Source of the DNA: a virus
Lineage: Duplodnaviria > Heunggongvirae > Uroviricota > Caudoviricetes
Length of the DNA stretch: 5,032 nucleotides
Strand: one strand, 5' to 3'
IMG/VR virus record: IMGVR_UViG_2585427792_000001
Part shown: positions 1-5,032 of the stretch, one piece after another
How the letters are laid out: each line of letters opens with the position of its first letter
Numbering within the stretch: position 1 is the stretch's first letter
Notes under the pieces: generated by a model
What the model was told of the DNA's origin: nothing
Seen by the model: the letters and a program-made list of their open reading frames with translations, nothing else
The model's database searches: none
Program-made: the position numbers and the translations under genes

Positions 1-246
1 TCATCCGGCGATGATGTACAGGTTATGAATATGGATATCCGGGAGCGGGAAACCGCGGCTCATGATGTTCGTGAGGAAACATCCGGCGCGTTAACGCGCA
101 TCAGAGTTCTGACCTGCCTCCATCTCTGTGGCGTTGATGGTGAAACGGGGGAATCCGTTGAGCTTGCGGATGTTGGTCGGGTGATTCTGATTATGTCCTC
201 AGATGCAAAAACACACGTTGATGGTGGAATGGCTGTTTATGCGTGA
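1..246 (+). CDS. 3' end of upstream ORF in the position lambda gene FI occupies (head/DNA-packaging accessory); 5' end lies outside the window; product identity not established
   Basis: Frame 1 is open from base 1 to the TGA at 244-246 (82 codons). It overlaps the FII start at 239 by 8 nt, as expected for translationally coupled late genes. The translated sequence does not match the lambda FI C-terminus as I recall it, so the call rests on position only. Confidence 0.4.
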   Translation, partial: SSGDDVQVMNMDIRERETAAHDVREETSGALTRIRVLTCLHLCGVDGETGESVELADVGRVILIMSSDAKTHVDGGMAVYA

Positions 247-592
247 TTTTCAGAATGCCTTTGATGCCGCCCTTGCCGGGGTGGACAGTACGATTGTTGA
301 AGTGATGGGCATCAGTGCGCAGTTCACCTCCGGTGCACAGCGTGGCGGCGAGGTTCATGGCGTTTTTGACGATCCGGAGTCGCTGGGTTTTGCCAGTAGT
401 GGGATCCGTATTGAAGGAAGTAACCCGTCATTATTTGTGCTTACGGATACGGTTTGTGCTGTACGGCGTGGTGACACGCTGACCATTAACGGCGAGATGT
501 TCTGGGTGGACCGTGTTTCTCCGGATGACGGAGGGAGTTGTTATCTCTGGCTCAACCGGGGGCAACCACCTGCCGCCAGCCGTCGCCGCTGA
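239..592 (+). CDS. FII: Head-tail joining protein, lambda gpFII-like (117 aa)
   Basis: ORF in frame 2. Start placed at ATG 239 (MRDFQNAFDAA...) rather than the upstream ATG 203, because this gives 117 aa, the same length as lambda gpFII, and aligns with its N-terminus. The C-terminal half (GDTLTI..FWVDRVSPDDGGSC.LWL.RG.PPA..RRR) closely resembles gpFII; the N-terminal half is more divergent (roughly 65-70% identity overall, from memory). Weak GGTGG Shine-Dalgarno-like motif about 10 nt upstream. Confidence 0.85.
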   Translation: MRDFQNAFDAALAGVDSTIVEVMGISAQFTSGAQRGGEVHGVFDDPESLGFASSGIRIEGSNPSLFVLTDTVCAVRRGDTLTINGEMFWVDRVSPDDGGSCYLWLNRGQPPAASRRR

Positions 593-603
593 AAGGGGGA
601 TGT

Positions 604-1182
604 ATGGCCATAAAAGGTCTTGAGCAGGCCGTTGAAAACCTCAGCCGTATCAGCAAAACGGCAGTGCCTGGTGCCGCCGCAATGGCCATTAACCGCGTTG
701 CTTCATCCGCGATATCGCAGTCGGCGTCACTGGTTGCCCGTGAGACAAAGGTACGCCGGAAACTGGTAAAGGAAAGGGCCAGGCTGAAAAGGGCCACGGT
801 CAAAAATCCGCAGGCTAGAATCAAAGTTAACCGGGGGGATTTGCCCGTAATCAGGCTGGGTAACGCGCGGGTTGTCCTGTCCCGACGCAGGCGTCGTAAA
901 AAGGGGCAGCGTTCATCCCTGAAAGGTGGCGGCAGCGTGCTTGTGGTGGGAAACCGTCGTATTCCCGGCGCGTTTATTCAGCAACTGAAAAATGGCCGGT
1001 GGCATGTCATGCAGCGTGTGGCCGGGAAAAACCGTTACCCCATTGATGTGGTGAAAATCCCGATGGCGGTGCCGCTGACCACGGCGTTTAAACAGAATAT
1101 TGAGCGGATACGGCGTGAGCGTCTTCCGAAAGAGCTGGGCTATGCGCTGCAGCATCAACTGAGAATGGTAATAAAGCGATGA
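604..1182 (+). CDS. Z: Tail completion protein, lambda gpZ-like (192 aa)
   Basis: Start at ATG 604 (MAIKGLEQAVENLS...), preceded by AAGGGGGA Shine-Dalgarno at about 591-598. The ORF-track start at 538 is an in-frame upstream extension with no ribosome-binding site. The 579-nt length and 12-nt gap after FII match lambda Z, and the protein is near-identical to gpZ by recall. Confidence 0.9.
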   Translation: MAIKGLEQAVENLSRISKTAVPGAAAMAINRVASSAISQSASLVARETKVRRKLVKERARLKRATVKNPQARIKVNRGDLPVIRLGNARVVLSRRRRRKKGQRSSLKGGGSVLVVGNRRIPGAFIQQLKNGRWHVMQRVAGKNRYPIDVVKIPMAVPLTTAFKQNIERIRRERLPKELGYALQHQLRMVIKR

Positions 1183-1574
1183 AACATACTGAACTCCGTG
1201 CAGCCGTACTGGATGCACTGGAGAAGCATGACACCGGGGCGACGCTTTTTGATGGTCGCCCTGCTGTTTTTGATGAGGAAGATTTTCCGGCAATTGCCGT
1301 TTATCTCACCGGCGCTGAATACACGGGCGAAGAGCTGGACAGCGATACCTGGCAGGCGGAGCTGCATATTGAAGTTTTCCTGCCTGCTCAGGTGCCGGAT
1401 TCAGAGCTGGATTCGTGGATGGAGTCCCGGATTTATCCGGTGATGAGCGATATCCCGGCACTGTCAGATTTGATCACCAGTATGGTGGCCAGTGGCTATG
1501 ACTACCGGCGCGACGATGATGCGGGCCTGTGGAGTTCAGCCGATCTGACTTATGTCATTACCTATGAAATGTGA
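1179..1574 (+). CDS. U: Tail terminator (tail tube terminator) protein, lambda gpU-like (131 aa)
   Basis: ATG 1179-1181 overlaps the Z stop TGA 1180-1182 (ATGA coupling). The 131-aa product [34 protein letters not shown]... matches lambda gpU in length and sequence by recall. Confidence 0.93.
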   Translation: MKHTELRAAVLDALEKHDTGATLFDGRPAVFDEEDFPAIAVYLTGAEYTGEELDSDTWQAELHIEVFLPAQVPDSELDSWMESRIYPVMSDIPALSDLITSMVASGYDYRRDDDAGLWSSADLTYVITYEM

Positions 1575-1581
1575 GGACGAT

Positions 1582-2322
1582 ATGCCAACACCAAATCCAG
1601 TAATGCCGGTGAAAGGGGCCGGGACCACACTGTGGGTTTATAAGGGGAACGGTGACCCTTATGCGAACCCGCTTTCAGACGTTGACTGGTCGCGTCTGGC
1701 TAAAGTTAAAGACCTGACGCCCGGCGAACTGACCGCTGAGTCCTATGACGACAGCTATCTCGATGATGAAGATGCGGACTGGACCGCGACCGGGCAGGGG
1801 CAGAAATCCGCCGGAGATACCAGCTTCACGCTGGCGTGGATGCCCGGAGAGCAGGGGCAGCAGGCGCTGCTGGCGTGGTTTAATGAAGGGGATACCCGAG
1901 CCTATAAAATCCGCTTCCCGAATGGCACGGTCGATGTGTTCCGCGGCTGGGTCAGCAGTATCGGTAAGGCGGTGACGGCGAAGGAAGTGATCACCCGCAC
2001 GGTGAAGGTCACCAATGTGGGCCGTCCGTCAATGGCAGAAGATCGCAGTACGGTGACGGCGGCAACCGGTATGACCGTGACGCCTGCCAGCTCCTCGGTG
2101 GTGAAAGGGCAGAGCACCACGCTGACCGTGGCATTCCAGCCGGAAGGCGCAACCGACAAGAGCTTCCGTGCGGTGTCAGCGGATAAAACAAAAGCCACCG
2201 TGTCGGTCAGTGGTATGACCATCACCGTGAAAGGTGTTGCTGCAGGCAAGGTCAACATTCCGGTCGTATCCGGTAATGGTGAACTTGCTGCGGTTGCAGA
2301 AATCAACGTCACCGCCAGTTAA
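1582..2322 (+). CDS. V: Major tail tube protein, lambda gpV-like (246 aa), with C-terminal Ig-like (Big_2-type) domain
   Basis: Start at ATG 1582 ([22 protein letters not shown]...), preceded by GAGGA at 1573-1577. The ORF-track start at 1552 lies inside the U coding sequence and is rejected. The 741-nt length matches lambda V; the C-terminal ~90 aa is a Thr/Val/Ser-rich beta-strand region typical of the gpV Ig-like domain. Confidence 0.95.
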   Translation: MPTPNPVMPVKGAGTTLWVYKGNGDPYANPLSDVDWSRLAKVKDLTPGELTAESYDDSYLDDEDADWTATGQGQKSAGDTSFTLAWMPGEQGQQALLAWFNEGDTRAYKIRFPNGTVDVFRGWVSSIGKAVTAKEVITRTVKVTNVGRPSMAEDRSTVTAATGMTVTPASSSVVKGQSTTLTVAFQPEGATDKSFRAVSADKTKATVSVSGMTITVKGVAAGKVNIPVVSGNGELAAVAEINVTAS

Positions 2323-2337
2323 TCCGGAGAGTCAGCG

Positions 2338-2760
2338 ATGTTCCTGAAAACCGAATCATTTGAACATAACGGCGTGACCGTCACGCTTTCTGAACTGTCA
2401 GCCCTGCAGCGTATTGAGCATCTCGCCCTGATGAAACAGCAGGCAGAACAGGCGGAGTCAGACAGCAACCGGAAGTTTACTGTGGAAGACGCCATCAGAA
2501 CCGGTGCTTGTGTGGTGGCGATGTCCCTGTGGCATAACCATCCGCAGAAGACGCAGATGCCTTCCATGAATGAAGCCGTTAAACAGATTGAGCAGGAAGT
2601 GCTTACCACCTGGCCTACAGAGGCAATTTCTCATGCTGAAAACGTGGTGTACCGGCTGTCCGGTATGTATGAGTTTGTGGTGAATGATGCCCCTGAACAG
2701 GCAGAGGATGCCGGGCCTGCAGAGCCTGTTTCTGCGGGAAAGTGTTCGACGGTGAGTTGA
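2338..2760 (+). CDS. G: Tail assembly chaperone, lambda gpG-like (140 aa)
   Basis: ATG 2338 preceded by GGAGAG Shine-Dalgarno (2326-2331). The 140-aa product MFLKTESFEHNGVTVTLSELSALQRIEHLALMK... is near-identical to lambda gpG by recall. It contains the slippery heptamer near its 3' end. Confidence 0.93.
   Translation: MFLKTESFEHNGVTVTLSELSALQRIEHLALMKQQAEQAESDSNRKFTVEDAIRTGACVVAMSLWHNHPQKTQMPSMNEAVKQIEQEVLTTWPTEAISHAENVVYRLSGMYEFVVNDAPEQAEDAGPAEPVSAGKCSTVS
2736..2742 (+). promoter_or_regulatory. -1 programmed ribosomal frameshift slippery heptamer G GGA AAG (G to G-T fusion)
   Basis: GGGAAAG at 2736-2742 sits in the G frame as G|GGA|AAG (codons 2734-2736 GCG, 2737-2739 GGA, 2740-2742 AAG), the same heptamer and position as the lambda G/T frameshift site. 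The -1 frame from here is open to 3176 and encodes the T-like sequence. Confidence 0.85.
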
Positions 2761-3176
2761 GTTTTGCCCTGAAACTGGCGCGCGAGATGGGGCGACCCGA
2801 CTGGCGTGCCATGCTTGCCGGGATGTCATCCACGGAGTATGCCGACTGGCACCGCTTTTACAGTACCCATTATTTTCATGATGTTCTGCTGGATATGCAC
2901 TTTTCCGGGCTGACGTACACCGTGCTCAGCCTGTTTTTCAGCGATCCGGATATGCATCCGCTGGATTTCAGTCTGCTGAACCGGCGTGAGGATGACGAAG
3001 AGCCTGAAGATGATGTGCTGATGCAGAAAGCGGCAGGGCTTGCCGGAGGCGTCCGCTTTGACCCGGACGGAAATGAAGTTATCCCCGCTTCCCCGGATAT
3101 GGCGGGCATGACGGAGGATGACGTAATGCTGATGACAGTATCAGAAGGGATCGCAGGAGGAGTCCGGTATGGCTGA
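2742..3176 (+). CDS. T: Tail assembly chaperone T segment, lambda gpT-like; expressed only as the G-T fusion (about 279 aa, spanning 2338-3176 with a -1 shift at 2736-2742), not from its own start
   Basis: The -1 frame relative to G is open from the slippery site to TGA 3174-3176. The 'start' in the ORF track is GTG 2742 with no ribosome-binding site; in lambda this frame is reached only by frameshifting. Product VFDGELSFALKLAREMGRPDWRAMLAGMSSTEYADWHRFYSTHYFHDVLLDMHF... matches lambda gpT by recall; 435-nt span equals lambda T. Confidence 0.85.
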   Translation: MFDGELSFALKLAREMGRPDWRAMLAGMSSTEYADWHRFYSTHYFHDVLLDMHFSGLTYTVLSLFFSDPDMHPLDFSLLNRREDDEEPEDDVLMQKAAGLAGGVRFDPDGNEVIPASPDMAGMTEDDVMLMTVSEGIAGGVRYG

Positions 3177-4353
3177 ACCGGTAGGCGATCTGGTCGTTGA
3201 TTTAAGTCTGGATGCGGCCAGATTTGACGAGCAGATGGCCAGAGTCAGGCGTCATTTTTCCGGTACGGAAACTGATGCGAAAAAAACAGCGGCAGTCGTT
3301 GAACAGTCGCTGAGCCGACAGGCGCTGGCTGCACAGAAAGCGGGGATTTCCGTCGGGCAGTATAAAGCCGCCATGCGTATGCTGCCTGCACAGTTCACCG
3401 ACGTGGCCACGCAGCTTGCAGGCGGGCAAAGCCCGTGGCTGATCCTGCTGCAACAGGGTGGTCAGGTTAAGGACTCCTTCGGCGGGATGATCCCCATGTT
3501 CAGGGGGCTTGCCGGTGCGATCACCCTGCCGATGGTGGGGGCCACCTCGCTGGCGGTGGCGACCGGTGCGCTGGCGTATGCCTGGTATCAGGGCAACTCA
3601 ACCCTGTCCGATTTCAACAAAACGCTGGTCCTTTCCGGCAATCAGGCGGGACTGACGGCAGATCGTATTCTGGCCCTGTCCAGAGCCGGGCAGGCGGCAG
3701 GGCTGACGTTTAACCAGACCAGCGAGTCACTGACCGCACTGGTGAATGCCGGTGTGCGTGGTGGGGCTCAGATTGCATCCATCAGCCAGAGTGTGGCGCG
3801 TTTCTCCTCTGCATCCGGCGTGGAGGTGGACAAGGTCGCTGAAGCCTTCGGGAAGCTGACCACTGACCCGACGTCGGGGCTGACGGCGATGGCGCGCCAG
3901 TTCCATAACGTAACGGCGGAGCAGATTGCGTATGTTGCTCAGTTGCAGCGTTCCGGCGATGAATCCGGGGCATTGCAGGCGGCGAACGAGGCCGCAACGA
4001 AAGGGTTTGATGACCAGACCCGACGCCTGAAAGAGAACATGGGCACGCTGGAAACCTGGGCAGACAGGACAGCACGGGCATTCAAATCCATGTGGGATTC
4101 GGTGCTGGATATTGGTCGCCCGGACACTGCCCAGGGAATGCTGGAGAAAGCAGAAAAGGCTTTTGATGAGGCGGACAAAAAATGGCAGTGGTATCAGAGC
4201 CGAAGCAAGGAGGAAAACCTCGCTAACGTGCCAATCTCCGGGGTGCATGGGAGGACAGAGCGAATGCGCAACTTGGGCTTTCAGCCGCCACGTTGCAGGC
4301 CGATCTTAGAGTCAACAGGACAAAGAGATGGCAGCAAAGCTGAGCGATACTGA
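3169..4353 (+). CDS. H: Tail tape measure protein, lambda gpH-like, N-terminal ORF (394 codons); reading frame ends prematurely relative to lambda H (853 aa)
   Basis: ATG 3169 preceded by a strong AGGAGG Shine-Dalgarno (3154-3159), overlapping the T stop by 8 nt. Residues 1 to about 322 (MAEPVGDLVVDLSLDAARFDEQMARVRRHF...DIGRPDTAQ) are near-identical to lambda gpH by recall. The last ~70 codons (GMLEKAEKAFDEADKKWQWYQSRSKEENLANVPISGVHGRTERMRNLGFQPPRCRPILESTGQRDGSKAERY) become progressively non-H-like before the TGA at 4351-4353. Confidence 0.85.
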   Translation: MAEPVGDLVVDLSLDAARFDEQMARVRRHFSGTETDAKKTAAVVEQSLSRQALAAQKAGISVGQYKAAMRMLPAQFTDVATQLAGGQSPWLILLQQGGQVKDSFGGMIPMFRGLAGAITLPMVGATSLAVATGALAYAWYQGNSTLSDFNKTLVLSGNQAGLTADRILALSRAGQAAGLTFNQTSESLTALVNAGVRGGAQIASISQSVARFSSASGVEVDKVAEAFGKLTTDPTSGLTAMARQFHNVTAEQIAYVAQLQRSGDESGALQAANEAATKGFDDQTRRLKENMGTLETWADRTARAFKSMWDSVLDIGRPDTAQGMLEKAEKAFDEADKKWQWYQSRSKEENLANVPISGVHGRTERMRNLGFQPPRCRPILESTGQRDGSKAERY

Positions 4354-5032
4354 GGCATCACGGCTGAAATATACCGAAGAGGCGCAGAAGGCTTACGAAC
4401 GCCTGCAGACGCCGCTGGAGAAATATACCGCCCGTCAGGAAGAACTGAACAAGGCACTGAAAGACGGGAAAATCCTGCAGGCGGATTACAACACGCTGAT
4501 GGCGGCGGCGAAAAAGGATTATGAAGCGACGCTGAAAAAGCCGAAACAGTCCGGCGTGAAGGTGTCTGCGGGCGATCGTCAGGAAGACAGTGCTCATGCT
4601 GCCCTGCTGACGCTTCAGGCAGAACTCCGGACGCTGGAGAAGCATGCCGGAGCAAATGAGAAAATCAGCCAGCAGCGCCGGGATTTGTGGAAGGCGGAGA
4701 GCCAGTTCGCGGTACTGGAGGAGGCGGCGCAACGTCGCCAGCTGTCTGCACAGGAGAAATCCCTGCTGGCGCATAAAGATGAGACGCTGGAGTACAAACG
4801 CCAGCTGGCTGCACTTGGCGACAAGGTTACGTATCAGGAGCGCCTGAACGCGCTGGCGCAGCAGGCGGATAAATTCGCACAGCAGCAACGGGCAAAACGG
4901 GCCGCCATTGATGCGAAAAGCCGGGGGCTGACTGACCGGCAGGCAGAACGGGAAGCCACGGAGCAGCGCCTGAAGGAACAGTATGGCGATAATCCGCTGG
5001 CGCTGAATAACGTCATGTCAGAGCAGAAAAAG
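4328..5032 (+). CDS. H: Tail tape measure protein gpH-like, central coiled-coil portion in the +1 frame relative to the N-terminal ORF; continues beyond the window end (possible frameshifted gene or pseudogene)
   Basis: Frame 2 is open from 4310 (after TAG 4307-4309) to the window end. It encodes SQQDKEMAAKLSDTEASRLKYTEEAQKAYERLQTPLEKYTARQEELNKALKDGKILQADYNTLMAAAKK...EQYGDNPLALNNVMSEQKK, which matches the central region of lambda gpH by recall. The first in-frame ATG is at 4328, with AGGA about 8 nt upstream (4317-4320). Whether this is translated separately, is joined to the upstream ORF, or is dead cannot be decided from sequence. Confidence 0.6.
   Translation, partial: MAAKLSDTEASRLKYTEEAQKAYERLQTPLEKYTARQEELNKALKDGKILQADYNTLMAAAKKDYEATLKKPKQSGVKVSAGDRQEDSAHAALLTLQAELRTLEKHAGANEKISQQRRDLWKAESQFAVLEEAAQRRQLSAQEKSLLAHKDETLEYKRQLAALGDKVTYQERLNALAQQADKFAQQQRAKRAAIDAKSRGLTDRQAEREATEQRLKEQYGDNPLALNNVMSEQKK

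Noticed and set aside
552-1367. Reverse-strand ORFs 552-824 (90 aa), 913-1293 (126 aa) and 1155-1367 (70 aa)
   Set aside because: All lie antisense to the well-supported Z and U genes. They have no ribosome-binding sites, have low-complexity Arg/His/Pro-rich translations typical of the antisense of GC-rich coding DNA, and lambda has no leftward genes in this region.
203-1581. Longer upstream in-frame starts from the ORF track (FII at 203, Z at 538, V at 1552)
   Set aside because: Each extension lacks a ribosome-binding site and runs into the preceding gene. The downstream ATGs (239, 604, 1582) have Shine-Dalgarno motifs and reproduce the exact lambda protein lengths (117, 192, 246 aa).
1745-1975. 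+ strand 76-aa ORF in an alternative frame inside V
   Set aside because: Fully embedded out of frame in the major tail gene; Arg/Gly/Pro/Ser-rich translation with no start signals. Chance open frame in GC-rich sequence.
1902-2829. Reverse-strand ORFs 1902-2312, 2009-2191, 2319-2609, 2458-2829, 2615-2833 and 2876-3109
   Set aside because: Antisense to V, G and T; no translation signals; every base is already accounted for by + strand genes with strong homology.
4177-4182. A6 run inside H as a possible programmed frameshift site that would rejoin the H frames
   Set aside because: A -1 slip here enters frame 0, which hits TAA at 4224-4226 after 14 codons, and a +1 slip enters frame 2, which ends at TAG 4307-4309. 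Neither gives a continuous tape-measure protein. The run is better viewed as a candidate site for an indel or sequencing error.
3202-4248. Reverse-strand ORFs inside H (3202-3453, 3727-4248, 3782-4081, 3939-4178)
   Set aside because: Antisense to the highly conserved N-terminal part of the tape-measure gene; Cys/Arg/Pro-rich translations; no supporting start signals.
4112-4309. + strand frame-2 ORF of 65 aa in the disrupted part of H
   Set aside because: Its translation is not protein-like and it ends at TAG 4307-4309. It is most likely just an out-of-frame reading of the divergent H patch.
4281-5016. Reverse-strand ORFs 4281-4655, 4358-4888 (176 aa), 4615-4824 and 4834-5016, and + strand ORF 4644-4847
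   Set aside because: These overlap the H coiled-coil region. The antisense of repetitive Ala/Glu/Lys/Gln/Leu-rich coding sequence often stays open, and the Leu/Arg/Phe-rich translations are characteristic of that artefact.
1-5032. Search for tRNA, CRISPR repeats, IS or transposon ends, attachment sites and rho-independent terminators
   Set aside because: No repeated spacer-repeat structure, no inverted terminal repeats, no GC-rich stem followed by a T-tract, and no non-coding gap longer than 16 nt. The window is entirely filled by the coupled + strand tail operon.

Overview
The whole window is one co-directional (+ strand) block of tightly packed late genes that matches the tail-assembly module of phage lambda's left arm. 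The order is: 3' end of an upstream ORF in the FI position, then FII, Z, U, V, G, T (expressed through a -1 programmed frameshift from G), and the 5' part of the tape-measure gene H, which runs off the right edge. Gene lengths and spacings for FII to H match lambda exactly as I recall them (window position + ~7373 = lambda coordinate), and the Z, U, V, G, T and early H proteins look near-identical to lambda. FII and the upstream ORF are more divergent, which suggests a lambdoid mosaic rather than lambda itself. I see no tRNA, rRNA, CRISPR array, IS element or convincing reverse-strand gene. The one clear anomaly is in H: the reading frame breaks between about 4135 and 4353, so the N-terminal ORF stops at 4353 and the rest of the tape-measure sequence continues in the +1 frame. 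Everything else is well-described lambda biology. All homology statements come from memory of the lambda proteins and were not checked against a database.
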